NCBI GenBank assembly: GCA_902494875.1
Contig: CABUUO010000001.1
Coordinates: 192,295-256,294, forward strand
Reading direction: 5' to 3'
DNA length: 64,000 nucleotides
Source of the DNA: an uncultured Pseudomonadota bacterium
GTDB lineage: Bacteria; Pseudomonadota; Alphaproteobacteria; RF32; CAG-239
The position numbers were made by a program, and so were the translations under genes. Below the pieces are notes generated by a model that saw only the letters and a list, made by a program, of their open reading frames with translations, did no database searches and was not told the DNA's origin. Positions 41,732 through 50,947 of this stretch are shown here, piece by piece; the first letter of the stretch is position 1; every line of letters starts with the position of its first letter.

Positions 41732-41935
41732 ATGACTACAGGTATCGTAAAATGGTTTAACCCGGCCAAAGGTTTCGGCTTTATTTGCCCCGATAACGGC
41801 GGCACCGACGTGTTTGTTCATATTTCCGCCGTTGAAAAAGCCGGCTTTCGGACATTGAACGAAAATGACAAGATCGCTTTTGACCTTATCAGCGAAAAAG
41901 GAAAAGTTTCGGCCGGAAATCTGAAAAAAGCCTAA
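41732..41935 (+). CDS. cold-shock protein (CspA family)
   Basis: MTTGIVKWFNPAKGFGFICPDNGGTDVFVHISAV; an approximately 300-nt upstream leader and a hairpin-T terminator downstream. Confidence 0.85.
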   Translation: MTTGIVKWFNPAKGFGFICPDNGGTDVFVHISAVEKAGFRTLNENDKIAFDLISEKGKVSAGNLKKA

Positions 41936-41946
41936 GCCAAACCCGT

Positions 41947-41980
41947 TAAAAAAATCCCCGTTCTCCAACGGGGATTTTTT
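41947..41980. terminator. bidirectional terminator after csp(+) and the GNAT gene(-)
   Basis: A7-ATCCCCG-TTCTCCAA-CGGGGAT-T6. Confidence 0.6.
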
Positions 41981-42560
41981 ATTTATACTCACCTTTCAAT
42001 TTGGCAAAAACATTAATGTCGCGAAACTTGTCTTCGGCCCGGTTCCAGGACGACTGACGAAGAATCCCTTCCAGCCGGTAACCCAGTTTCTGCGGAACAT
42101 TGGCCGACTTAATGTTCAAGACGTCCGTATGAATCGCAATACGGTTAATTCCCAACGCAAAAAACTCTTTTTCAATCAGGCGCACCGCTTCTTTCATAAA
42201 GCCGCGACCGGCAAAACGCGTCGATATCCAATAGCCGATTTCCAGAGATTTATAATCTTCGTTAACATTCAGCGCGGAAATCATCCCCATAAACTGTCCG
42301 GACAAATCGCAAAGCATATAATTATATCCTTTTCCTTCTTTCCACTCTTTATCACAGCCCTGCAGATATTCATAGGCGTCTTCAAGTCCGTACGACGGCG
42401 AGGCCCAGCCCAGCCAGGGATAAAGCTCGGCCCGGCTTGCGTCAACTTCCGCCAGGGAAATCTGCGCCTGTTTGAATGTCTTGTCGGCTTTTTTCAAAAT
42501 AATTCTGGTTCCGGTAATTGTTTCTGGCGGATTCAGCATAAAATTTCTCCTCTTTTTCAT
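41979..42560 (-). CDS. GNAT N-acetyltransferase (RimJ/RimL-like)
   Basis: 193 aa; GNAT fold motifs (ISTRFAGRGFMKEAV). Confidence 0.65.
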   Translation of the reverse strand: MKKRRNFMLNPPETITGTRIILKKADKTFKQAQISLAEVDASRAELYPWLGWASPSYGLEDAYEYLQGCDKEWKEGKGYNYMLCDLSGQFMGMISALNVNEDYKSLEIGYWISTRFAGRGFMKEAVRLIEKEFFALGINRIAIHTDVLNIKSANVPQKLGYRLEGILRQSSWNRAEDKFRDINVFAKLKGEYK

Positions 42561-42610
42561 TAAGACTAGATTTTAATTGTTTATTGTGCAATAAATAATT
42601 TATAAAGGAG

Positions 42611-43183
42611 ATGAAAATGTTAAGATTAGTTCTACCCTCCCCTGAATATACCGAATCCGTCAAAAACGCCGTTGAAGAATATAAAGCGCACCCGTCGCCG
42701 TTTGATATTCATGCCGTTCGAAAACTGATTGAATTTGCCGACAGTAATTTTGAAGGTTATTTTGAGTATGTCGAAAACCAGCGAACGGGTATAAACCTTA
42801 TTCCCGGACATGTTCCGTCAACAAGCCTATGGCTGGTTGAAGACGGAAATTATATCGGCTCTTTTGACATTCGCCATGAGCTTACGCCCCAGCTGGAAAA
42901 AAGCGGCGCACATATCGGCTATCAGATTATTCCGTCTCAGCGCCGCAAGGGCTTTGTCAAAGCCGGACTGAAATTGGCTTTAAGTTATGCGCGGGAAGTT
43001 CTGAAGCTTGAGCGCGCGCTTCTCACCTGCGAAGAAGAAAACATCGGTTCTTATTTGGCCATGACTTCCGTTATGCGCGAATACGGCGGCGAGGAAATCG
43101 AACCGGCAGTTACAGACGGACATAAAGAACGCCGGGTATGGATTGAAACTGTGCCCTATAAGAAAAAAAGTGCTTGCATTTAA
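42611..43183 (+). CDS. GNAT-family acetyltransferase
   Basis: 190 aa; Q/R-x-x-G-x-G/A acetyl-CoA motif (SQRRKGFVKAG). Confidence 0.6.
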   Translation: MKMLRLVLPSPEYTESVKNAVEEYKAHPSPFDIHAVRKLIEFADSNFEGYFEYVENQRTGINLIPGHVPSTSLWLVEDGNYIGSFDIRHELTPQLEKSGAHIGYQIIPSQRRKGFVKAGLKLALSYAREVLKLERALLTCEEENIGSYLAMTSVMREYGGEEIEPAVTDGHKERRVWIETVPYKKKSACI

Positions 43184-43215
43184 GTATGGATGGTTTTATA
43201 TAGTTTCTTGTCGTT

Positions 43216-43292
43216 CGGGACGTAGTTCAGCCTGGTAGAGCGCTTGCATGGGGTGCAAGATGTCGGAGGTTCGAATCCTCTCGTCCCGACCA
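43216..43292 (+). tRNA. tRNA-Pro (anticodon GGG)
   Basis: A hand-folded cloverleaf: acceptor CGGGACG/CGTCCCG, D-stem GTTC/GAGC, anticodon stem CTTGC/GCAAG with loop ATGGGGT, T-arm GGAGG-TTCGAAT-CCTCT, discriminator A plus CCA. A hairpin-T9 terminator follows. Confidence 0.85.
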
Positions 43293-43298
43293 GATATA

Positions 43299-43331
43299 AA
43301 AAGCCTGCTCAAAAGCAGGCTTTTTTTTTAC
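43299..43331 (+). terminator. intrinsic terminator after tRNA-Pro
   Basis: AGCCTGCT-CAAA-AGCAGGCT followed by T9. Confidence 0.6.
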
Positions 43332-43396
43332 GATTATTTTCAAACGGGACACCGTTTTTACTCATCAAACCGGCAGAGGATTATCACTTAAAGCAT

Positions 43397-44140
43397 TTAG
43401 CTTTCGGACAGGTATCTGCTGAGAATTTTTTCCAGCAGGTCAGCCCATTCTTCCACCCCCTGCTCCAGATTGTCAAACTCGTCGTCGCGGATTTCTATTA
43501 AGGCATAGTCAAATCCTTTGCGTTCTCCGCAGAAGACAGCCGCGCCCGTATCATAGGCGCGCAGATCATAAGGAACGTTTTCACCGATCCGTTTATCGGA
43601 TTTGCACAGTTCTTCGTACATAAAAGAAGCCAGTTTTTGCGGCCGGCGATATAAAATTCCGGCTTGCCACGGACGATAGTTTCCGCCCCGAAGCTGCGGC
43701 GTAAAACTGTGAACGGAAAAAATGACCGGCTGTTTTCCCTTCTTTTGCAGTCTGGATATCTGCTTTTCAATTTCAGCATAATAAGGACGATAATAGCGGC
43801 TGACGCGTTTTTCTTTTTCTTCCGCCGACAACGACTGATTGCCGGGAACCGGAACCTTGTCGCTTTCCGCCACAATCAGTTCGTCTTCATCAACAGCGCG
43901 GTTCAGGTCTATTAAAAGGCGCGAATATCCGCCCATTACGGCAAAACATCCCAGTCGCTCCGCCAGTTTCTGCGTAACTTCTTTACAGCCCTTATCACGG
44001 GCAATGTGCGTATCCAACGCTTGCTCCGATAATCCGAGATTGCCATATTCGCCGGGGATGCGGGCCGAAGCGTGCTCACAAGTCAGAATCAGGCTATGTT
44101 CGGAATTTTCATTAACGATATTAAACACATTAGCGGCCAT
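43397..44140 (-). CDS. N-formylglutamate amidohydrolase (FGase) family protein
   Basis: 247 aa; LTCEHAS...; size and motifs resemble the FGase/HutG-like zinc amidohydrolase family. It overlaps the upstream 572-aa gene by 11 nt. Confidence 0.45.
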   Translation of the reverse strand: MAANVFNIVNENSEHSLILTCEHASARIPGEYGNLGLSEQALDTHIARDKGCKEVTQKLAERLGCFAVMGGYSRLLIDLNRAVDEDELIVAESDKVPVPGNQSLSAEEKEKRVSRYYRPYYAEIEKQISRLQKKGKQPVIFSVHSFTPQLRGGNYRPWQAGILYRRPQKLASFMYEELCKSDKRIGENVPYDLRAYDTGAAVFCGERKGFDYALIEIRDDEFDNLEQGVEEWADLLEKILSRYLSES

Positions 44141-45848
44141 TTCTCTTCATCTCCATAAATTTCTTGTTAAAACCGGCGTTAACATAAGGCACTTTGCCGG
44201 TTTCGTTCAAGGCGTGCATTATCAAAAGCCAGCACTTCTGCTCCTGCTCGATTACATCTTTTGAAACCGGCTTTTTCTGCGGATGGAAAGAATCATATTC
44301 ATACTGATAGAAATACGGCAGCGCATGCATAACGGTTTTGGTATCCGTCTGCCGGTTTTGACGCCAGGAATATTTGTTCAACAGCTGACGGTTTACATGA
44401 TCTGAACTGTTTTCCGCCGCAGATTTTACAAACTCACGATTAAACTGCAAAAAACCGCGGACAAAGCTTTTGTTGAAGTTGGCATTCATAAAGCGCATTT
44501 CCACCGTATGTTCGGGCATTATGTTCAAGGTTTTGTATTTATGACCGAAAGAGGTGAATTCCTGTAATTCACGCTTGTCTTCGCACAACTCGGCCATGAC
44601 GCACAAAAACGGATAGTCTCTTTTGCCGTCATCACTCAGGTTGCGGCTGATGTAAGTGGCATACAACAACCTGTTTTCCCGTCTTTCAGGCGCGGCAAAA
44701 GCGGCAACGACCTCTTCTTCATGCTGCATCATCCGTTTAACCAATCTTTTGTATACGTCAAGGTCAAATCCGTCCGCCGACAAATGCTGATGAAGAGAAC
44801 AATGGGCGTTGACATGTCCCTGCTCAAAAGAATCGAAAATTTTGAGACAGGATTCCTCGTCTTCCCGGCTTTTCAAAATGCGGCTGGCATACTCCACGGC
44901 CGCCAGTTTATTGTAGCGAACCAAACTTTCGTCACGCATGATGACACCAGCAGAATTTTCGTCATGATAAACCGCCGCGTCTTTATTGGTCGAATAAAGT
45001 TTTTTCCAACCGTTTTTATCTTTAAGATAATCTATCAGACGGCCATAGTCCTTATATTCTTCCGGTACGTAGAATTCCAGTTCAAAACCGCTGGGCCAGT
45101 AACCGCCGGAAGTTTTTCCGGGACGCGTTTCTTCGGCCTGGAACAGTTTTTTCATGGCCGGGCTTGCGGTACCTTCCCGCGCATAGTCCTGATAAAGACG
45201 TTCTTTCATCGCCGCCATATCTTTCATAAGCCGGCGGCGGGTTTTGAAATTGTAACTTCCGTCATAGCGATATGCTCCGGCCATTTTCTCGCGCATAAAA
45301 CAATCGGCAGCATATAACGCTTTTTCATAACAATTTTCGCCCTGAACCAATTTTTGATAGTTTTTATCCAGAAAACGCAGAATATCCTCGGCAGCCATCA
45401 TTCCGTAGAGCATGGAATAAGGCATATTGGTCTTTATCGGCCAACCGCTGAAAGCTTTGTCATGGTCATTTTTGTCGGCAAAATTATACATAAACTGCCG
45501 AAACTCAAAACCAAAGGTTTCCACGCCGTCAATCAGCGATGACAGCATTCCGTCCCCCGATTTTGAAAATTTTGAATTTTTCAAAACGCTGAGCTGCGGC
45601 TTGTCGACATTGTAAACGCTGACGGATGCCCGGATATCTTCGACAAATTCGTGAAATATGTGCGGCGCTTCCGCCCCGTACTGTTTGCTGAAATATTCGG
45701 CCAGCCCGGCGAACGGCGCCAGCATATTGTCAATATGCCAGTCATAGTAAAATTGTTTAAACTTTCTTCCGCCGATGGTTGAAAAATAATCGGCAAACAA
45801 TGAGTTACATTCTTTAACGCTGTTTTCTAAATTTTGATTTGATGACAT
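44130..45848 (-). CDS. hypothetical protein, 572 aa
   Basis: Track ORF with no recognisable domain; operonic with the FGase-like gene. Confidence 0.55.
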   Translation of the reverse strand: MSSNQNLENSVKECNSLFADYFSTIGGRKFKQFYYDWHIDNMLAPFAGLAEYFSKQYGAEAPHIFHEFVEDIRASVSVYNVDKPQLSVLKNSKFSKSGDGMLSSLIDGVETFGFEFRQFMYNFADKNDHDKAFSGWPIKTNMPYSMLYGMMAAEDILRFLDKNYQKLVQGENCYEKALYAADCFMREKMAGAYRYDGSYNFKTRRRLMKDMAAMKERLYQDYAREGTASPAMKKLFQAEETRPGKTSGGYWPSGFELEFYVPEEYKDYGRLIDYLKDKNGWKKLYSTNKDAAVYHDENSAGVIMRDESLVRYNKLAAVEYASRILKSREDEESCLKIFDSFEQGHVNAHCSLHQHLSADGFDLDVYKRLVKRMMQHEEEVVAAFAAPERRENRLLYATYISRNLSDDGKRDYPFLCVMAELCEDKRELQEFTSFGHKYKTLNIMPEHTVEMRFMNANFNKSFVRGFLQFNREFVKSAAENSSDHVNRQLLNKYSWRQNRQTDTKTVMHALPYFYQYEYDSFHPQKKPVSKDVIEQEQKCWLLIMHALNETGKVPYVNAGFNKKFMEMKRNGR

Positions 45849-46219
45849 TTTTTCCTCTTAATTATCAGTTTTAATCCGTTTGGCTGGCTAAAGTGTGTCA
45901 CTTTATTCTCCCTGAGCACCCACACTTTATAAAAAAACGGACGGAAATGCTCAGAGACTGATAATGAGGAGGGAAATGAGAATAAGAATCAGGGGAAGCG
46001 CATAGGCCAAAACACCGCGGATTTTATCAGCGGCCATATCAGACAATATGTTTTGGTCCAAATTAAACATTTTATTCCCTTACAAAACTTGTATCAGAAT
46101 ATAAAGAAGATAAAATTTAGGCAAGAAATTTTTTGCGCTTTTATAATTTTTTTTGAAAATCAGATTTGTTTACAGCCGTTTCTTTATATGCTATTATGTA
46201 AAAAAACAAAGGAAAAACG

Positions 46220-47068
46220 ATGTCTTACAAGAAAACGCTCATTCTAGGCGGCATCATTGCCGCCAACAGCCTAAGCCTGAACACATCGGCGCGGCAGGAT
46301 TTTAATTTGGGCGACTCCGACACAAAAACGGAATTGCCGGCTATCCGCAGCGATGAAAAAGACATTATGTCTGCACTTATCTTCTTTGAAGGATTTTCCA
46401 AGGTGCCGTATCGGGACTGCGTCGGTATATGGACCAACGCTATCGGCATGACCAAACTTCCCGACGGTAAAGCCGTGACGGAAAAAGACACCATCCGCTC
46501 TTTTTCCGAAGCCAAAGAAGCCACGGACTATCACTTGGAAACGGAAGTCAATCCGGCAATTGAAAAATATATTTCGGCAAAGCTAAACAGCAAGCAAAGA
46601 GCGGCTCTCACCAGCCTTGTCTACAACTGCGGCCCCGAAGCGCTGGGAACGGACAAAGGCCCGACGAAGCTGGCTTTGGCCATCAACCGCGGCAACGAAC
46701 CCGAAATTGAGAAATGTTTTATGAAATACTGCTATGCCGGAGGAAAATACAATAAAGGGCTGGCCGTACGCCGCTATATGGAAGCTGCTTTATATAAAGG
46801 ATTGCTGGATTTTTCCGACTTTTACATTTGCAGTTACGGCGAACTGGCTTCTTCTTATCTGATAAAAAACGGCAAACCTGACTTCAGCCGGGCCAAGCTC
46901 GATTATGTCAAGAAAATATGCACGCAGGCTCCCAGCCGGGAAAAAACCGAAAAATTCGCATGGTTCGGATATGGTTCCAAAGTCAAAGACATTTTTATGC
47001 CGGAAAATGCGCAAAAACCTTCGAAAATATTATATTCCCAGGTCTCCGTCAACAAACGCGGCCGCTGA
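46220..47068 (+). CDS. secreted lysozyme-like muramidase (GH24-like N-terminal domain) with C-terminal extension
   Basis: 282 aa. A signal peptide precedes a GH24-like catalytic region (FEGFSKVPYRDCVGIWTNAIGMT). An approximately 120-aa C-terminal extension follows. Confidence 0.6.
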   Translation: MSYKKTLILGGIIAANSLSLNTSARQDFNLGDSDTKTELPAIRSDEKDIMSALIFFEGFSKVPYRDCVGIWTNAIGMTKLPDGKAVTEKDTIRSFSEAKEATDYHLETEVNPAIEKYISAKLNSKQRAALTSLVYNCGPEALGTDKGPTKLALAINRGNEPEIEKCFMKYCYAGGKYNKGLAVRRYMEAALYKGLLDFSDFYICSYGELASSYLIKNGKPDFSRAKLDYVKKICTQAPSREKTEKFAWFGYGSKVKDIFMPENAQKPSKILYSQVSVNKRGR

Positions 47069-47110
47069 AAACTCCTGCGGCCGCATTTTTTTATGGTTTC
47101 GATATCCTAT

Positions 47111-47653
47111 TTATTTTACGTTTTTACCCATTTCATAGGCTTCTTTCATAGCCGGCATGCCTTTTATGTCGCCGGCATTCCAGGCGCCGGTACCATAAAT
47201 CACACCTTTTTCTTTGGTTCCGGGCAGACAGTCTTCGGTGAAGCCGCGGAAGCCTTCCAACGTTTTTTCCATATTGGCATGCGAGCCGTCAGCCGCAGCG
47301 ACAATAAAATAAAAGTCTTTGCCGCTGATCTCTTCATAACGCGGCACCGTGCGGTCGATCAGTGTTTTCATCTGACCGTTCATGGTATAAAAATAAACCG
47401 GAGTGGCCATAACAATGACATCGGCATTAACCATTTTATCCAGAACGGCCGCCATATCGTCCTTCTGGACGCAGCGGTGTGTCGTGTTGCAGACACCGCA
47501 GCCGCGGCAGTAGTTGATCTTTTGGTCATTCACATAAATTTTTTCAACCTGATGTCCGGCTTCTTTCGCACCGCGGATAAATTCATCGCACAATAGGTCG
47601 GAGTTTCCGTGTTTGCGGAAGCTTCCCGATAAAACCAACACTTTTTTACTCAT
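47111..47653 (-). CDS. iron-sulfur flavoprotein (NADPH-dependent FMN reductase family)
   Basis: The likely start is MSKKVLVLSGSFRKHGNSD; the family is flavodoxin-like with an extra Cys cluster (YCRGCGVC...HRC), as in Isf proteins. Confidence 0.6.
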   Translation of the reverse strand: MSKKVLVLSGSFRKHGNSDLLCDEFIRGAKEAGHQVEKIYVNDQKINYCRGCGVCNTTHRCVQKDDMAAVLDKMVNADVIVMATPVYFYTMNGQMKTLIDRTVPRYEEISGKDFYFIVAAADGSHANMEKTLEGFRGFTEDCLPGTKEKGVIYGTGAWNAGDIKGMPAMKEAYEMGKNVK

Positions 47654-47664
47654 ATTTAATCCTT

Positions 47665-48468
47665 TCATTTTTCCTGAGAGTATACTTCATTAATCAGCGC
47701 AATGGCATTGAGACTGCGCGGATAGCCTATATAAGGGAGTATCTGGGTTACTGTATCAAGCAACAGGACACGGCTGTTGCCGACGTTTTGATTGGCTTTG
47801 GCATGTGCCCGAGCTTGGGGTTCGGCACCTCCCATGGAAACCAAAATAACAAACGTAACAAGTTCCCGTTTTTTTATATCCAAACCATCTCGGGTGTAAT
47901 AGTCGCCGAAACAGTTTGCCGAAAGAAAATCCTGAATATGTTTCAATTCTTCCGGCGCGGAAGCTCGCATCGAATCAATATGTCCGGCTCCGAAAATTCC
48001 GCGCTGAACAGCCAGTCCTTTTTCCAAACGATCTGCCTCCGTCGTGGTCGACTGATCCGGCAGCGGCAGCCTGACGTTCCGATCAGCGAACACCTCATTG
48101 GTCAGGCGGAAAAAATCATAAACTTTAGCCATTCCCGCATAAGGCACGGCATGATAAAGCACTTCTTTGGCCTTGATCGGAGAAAGCCCCTGCTCCAGAG
48201 CCTCGTTTAAGACATTTTTATACCCGTCGCGCGATTGTATGGCAATATGGGCGGCCAAAAGCGCCGTGTAGCGCGTATCTCGGTCAAGACTTCCATGCTT
48301 TTTGACGTCTTTTTCCACAAAACTGTTCCATAAGGCCATAAATCCAGGATCTGTTTGATTAAAATCGTTCATATTCTTTTCCTGATTAAAACTGAAAGAC
48401 CAAACAGCCGCCAGAACTGACAACGCAGCAACCGCGGCCAAAACATATCGCTTACTCATATTCTTCAT
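47665..48468 (-). CDS. carboxymuconolactone decarboxylase/AhpD-like family protein (exported)
   Basis: I trimmed the track ORF to a start at MKNMSKRYVLAAVAALSVLAA (signal peptide) so it does not overlap the cupin gene. The domain is a tandem CMD/AhpD-like alpha-helical domain. Confidence 0.5.
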   Translation of the reverse strand: MKNMSKRYVLAAVAALSVLAAVWSFSFNQEKNMNDFNQTDPGFMALWNSFVEKDVKKHGSLDRDTRYTALLAAHIAIQSRDGYKNVLNEALEQGLSPIKAKEVLYHAVPYAGMAKVYDFFRLTNEVFADRNVRLPLPDQSTTTEADRLEKGLAVQRGIFGAGHIDSMRASAPEELKHIQDFLSANCFGDYYTRDGLDIKKRELVTFVILVSMGGAEPQARAHAKANQNVGNSRVLLLDTVTQILPYIGYPRSLNAIALINEVYSQEK

Positions 48469-49117
48469 CGGCAACCGGCTCCAGCCAGGTCGTTTGGTTG
48501 TCCGGAAGGTTGGTCTCAACCGAAATATGCGTCATCCAGGCACCGGGAGCGGCTCCGTGCCAGTGTTCAACATCCGGCGCAATGCGGACAACGTCGCCTT
48601 TGCGCAAGACTTTCATTTCTCCGCCTCTTTCACGATAACGCCCCTCTCCGTTCAAAACCAAAAGAATCTGTCCGCCGCTGTGTTTGTGCCAGTTGGTGCG
48701 GGCACCGGGTTCAAACGTAACGTTTGCCAGCGAAGAATGCCAGACATCGTCGTTGGCACTCAGCCTGGTGAGATAGGTTTGTCCGGTAAAAAAACGGCCG
48801 TAGGGATTGGGTTCTCCCTGCGCAAAAACAGTGTCAATCGGGGCTTTTTTCATTTCTTTTTCTCCATTTTCCGTGGTTAGTTTTAAAATTGCAGGTTCCG
48901 ACTGCGCCTGAACGCGGTCCGCTCCCAAAGATGCAGACACGGGAAAACAGGCCGCCAATATGCATACAGCAAAAGATTTTTTCAGAAGGCCCAAACCTAA
49001 ATTTCCGGCACAGAAAAACAGCAGTACCAAGCAGCTTAAAACCCCAAGCAGTTCCGCATAGGTCATTATCATTTCAATACTCCGCAAAAAATTAAATTCC
49101 GAGTCTGTTTTTATCAT
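48452..49117 (-). CDS. cupin-domain protein, exported
   Basis: 221 aa; N-terminal hydrophobic leader; C-terminal cupin barrel (WHKHSGGQILLVLNGEGRY...HWHGA). Confidence 0.55.
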   Translation of the reverse strand: MIKTDSEFNFLRSIEMIMTYAELLGVLSCLVLLFFCAGNLGLGLLKKSFAVCILAACFPVSASLGADRVQAQSEPAILKLTTENGEKEMKKAPIDTVFAQGEPNPYGRFFTGQTYLTRLSANDDVWHSSLANVTFEPGARTNWHKHSGGQILLVLNGEGRYRERGGEMKVLRKGDVVRIAPDVEHWHGAAPGAWMTHISVETNLPDNQTTWLEPVADEEYE

Positions 49118-49204
49118 AAACTTTAGAGTTAACTTTAAGTCAAGCTTTTTCTTGACTCAAGGCAAATTTTGTGCTTTTTTATAGCTAACAACGGAGGTAA
49201 AATC

Positions 49205-49642
49205 ATGGGATATTCAATCGGACAAGCCGCCCAAATGACCGGCTTGACGGCACACACTCTGAGATATTATGAAAAAGAAGGCCTGTTACCTTTTGTAAAG
49301 AAAAGCGGTTCCGGCCTGCGTGTTTTTTCCGACAACGACATCGGCTGGCTACAGATGATCGAGTGCCTGAAAGGCGTCGGAATGCCGCTGAAAGGCATTA
49401 AACAATACATAGACTGGTTTATCGAAGGCGACTCAACGCTTGAAAAACGTCTGCAAATGTTCAAAGAGCAGAAAGCCAATCTGGAAGCGCAAATGGCGCA
49501 ACTGCAAAAACACATGAACAAAATCAACTATAAAATCAACCTTTATTCCAAAGCGGTTGAAAAAGGCAGTCTGGCTCTGGTTCAAAACGACCCTGAACTG
49601 TTAAAAGAAAAAGAACGGGTTTACGGACAAGAACAACACTAG
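49205..49642 (+). CDS. MerR-family transcriptional regulator
   Basis: The real start is MGYSIGQAAQMTGLTAHTLRYYEKEGLL, a MerR helix-turn-helix, followed by a coiled-coil dimerisation helix. Confidence 0.75.
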   Translation: MGYSIGQAAQMTGLTAHTLRYYEKEGLLPFVKKSGSGLRVFSDNDIGWLQMIECLKGVGMPLKGIKQYIDWFIEGDSTLEKRLQMFKEQKANLEAQMAQLQKHMNKINYKINLYSKAVEKGSLALVQNDPELLKEKERVYGQEQH

Positions 49643-49651
49643 GAAGCATCC

Positions 49652-50407
49652 ATGATTTTTTATTTTTCAGGTACGGGAAACTCACGCTGGGCAGCCTTGG
49701 AAACAGCCAAACTGACGGGAGACCGCGCCGTTTTTATTCCCCGCGCAGAAGCAAACTGCAGGCTCCGGGACAATGAGCCCGTCGGTTTTGTTTTTCCGAT
49801 TTATGCCTGGGCCCCGCCCTCTTGCGTGACGGCATTCATAAAATCCGTCCAGCTTGACAATTATCAAAACAATTTCTGTTATTTCATTGCCACCTGCCAC
49901 AGCCAGACCGGAAACATCGACGGCATAATGAAAAAAGCTCTGGCATCCCGGGGCTGGCGGTGTGATGCCGGTTTTTCAGTTCGGATGCCCAACAACTATC
50001 TGCTGGCGCCCTTGGTTAAAACTGATACGCCGCAAAAAAGAAACGAACTTCTGCGCAATGCACAAATGCGTCTCAAAGACATTGCTGCTGATATATCCCG
50101 GCGTACTTCAAAATTTGATCTGCGCAGAGGTTCAAAACTTCTCAGCCTGATTACTCCCCTGTTTCAGAAACACATGACAGCAAAAGGCTTTCGGGTTGAA
50201 CGGGACAAATGCGTCAAATGCGGCAAATGCGCGGAAATATGTCCGGTAAACAACATCCGCCTTACTCCCTTTCCGCAATGGGGAAGTCGCTGCGAAATGT
50301 GTCAGGCCTGCCTAAGCGTATGTCCGACGGCAGCCATTCAGTACGGCCGCTATACCAAAGGCAAGCAGCGCTATATGTTTTCGGAAGAATATCTGAATGA
50401 AGATTAA
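49652..50407 (+). CDS. flavodoxin-like / 2x[4Fe-4S] ferredoxin fusion (EFR1-like)
   Basis: 251 aa; MIFYFSGTGNSRW flavodoxin-type start; C-terminal CVKCGKCAEICP and CEMCQACLSVCP clusters. Confidence 0.6.
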   Translation: MIFYFSGTGNSRWAALETAKLTGDRAVFIPRAEANCRLRDNEPVGFVFPIYAWAPPSCVTAFIKSVQLDNYQNNFCYFIATCHSQTGNIDGIMKKALASRGWRCDAGFSVRMPNNYLLAPLVKTDTPQKRNELLRNAQMRLKDIAADISRRTSKFDLRRGSKLLSLITPLFQKHMTAKGFRVERDKCVKCGKCAEICPVNNIRLTPFPQWGSRCEMCQACLSVCPTAAIQYGRYTKGKQRYMFSEEYLNED

Positions 50408-50918
50408 GGCTATGAAAAAAAGTGAAAATATTCTGCACTGTTTTGAACCGGTTATCGACCAAAACACCAAAGTGATGATTATCGGCACCATGCCGGGAGA
50501 AGCGTCTCTTGTTGCCAACGAATATTATGCGTATAAGCATAATGCCCTGTGGAAAATTATGGCACGGCTGTATAATTCCGACCGGAAATTTGCCGATTAC
50601 GGAGAAAAGTTATCATGTCTGCGGGAAAATGGGATCGGTCTCTGGGACAATTTGCACAGCTGCGAACGCAGCGGCAGTCTGGACAGCGATATAAAAAATG
50701 CCGAACCGAATGATTTTGAAACGCTGTGTATCCGCTATCCTGCCCTGAAGCGCTTTTTATTCAACGGTCAGCAGTCTTACAAGTTTTTCAAAAAATTCCA
50801 TCCGGCGCTGTTGGAAAAATACGAGTATTATATTTTGCCGTCTACCAGTCCTGCCAACGCCTCCATTTCATTTGACGAAAAGTTGAAACACTGGAAAGAG
50901 GCTTTGTTTCAGGCATAA
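50397..50918 (+). CDS. uracil-DNA-glycosylase-superfamily protein (DNA-deoxyinosine/hypoxanthine glycosylase-like)
   Basis: 173 aa; IIGTMPGEASL motif typical of UDG family members; overlaps the upstream gene by 11 nt. Confidence 0.45.
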   Translation: MKIKAMKKSENILHCFEPVIDQNTKVMIIGTMPGEASLVANEYYAYKHNALWKIMARLYNSDRKFADYGEKLSCLRENGIGLWDNLHSCERSGSLDSDIKNAEPNDFETLCIRYPALKRFLFNGQQSYKFFKKFHPALLEKYEYYILPSTSPANASISFDEKLKHWKEALFQA

Positions 50919-50946
50919 AAAAAGCGGTTTCTTCACCGCTTTTTTA
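50916..50946. terminator. bidirectional terminator between the DNA glycosylase gene(+) and the MerR gene(-)
   Basis: A7-GCGGT-TTCTTC-ACCGC-T6. Confidence 0.55.
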
Positions 50947-50947
50947 T

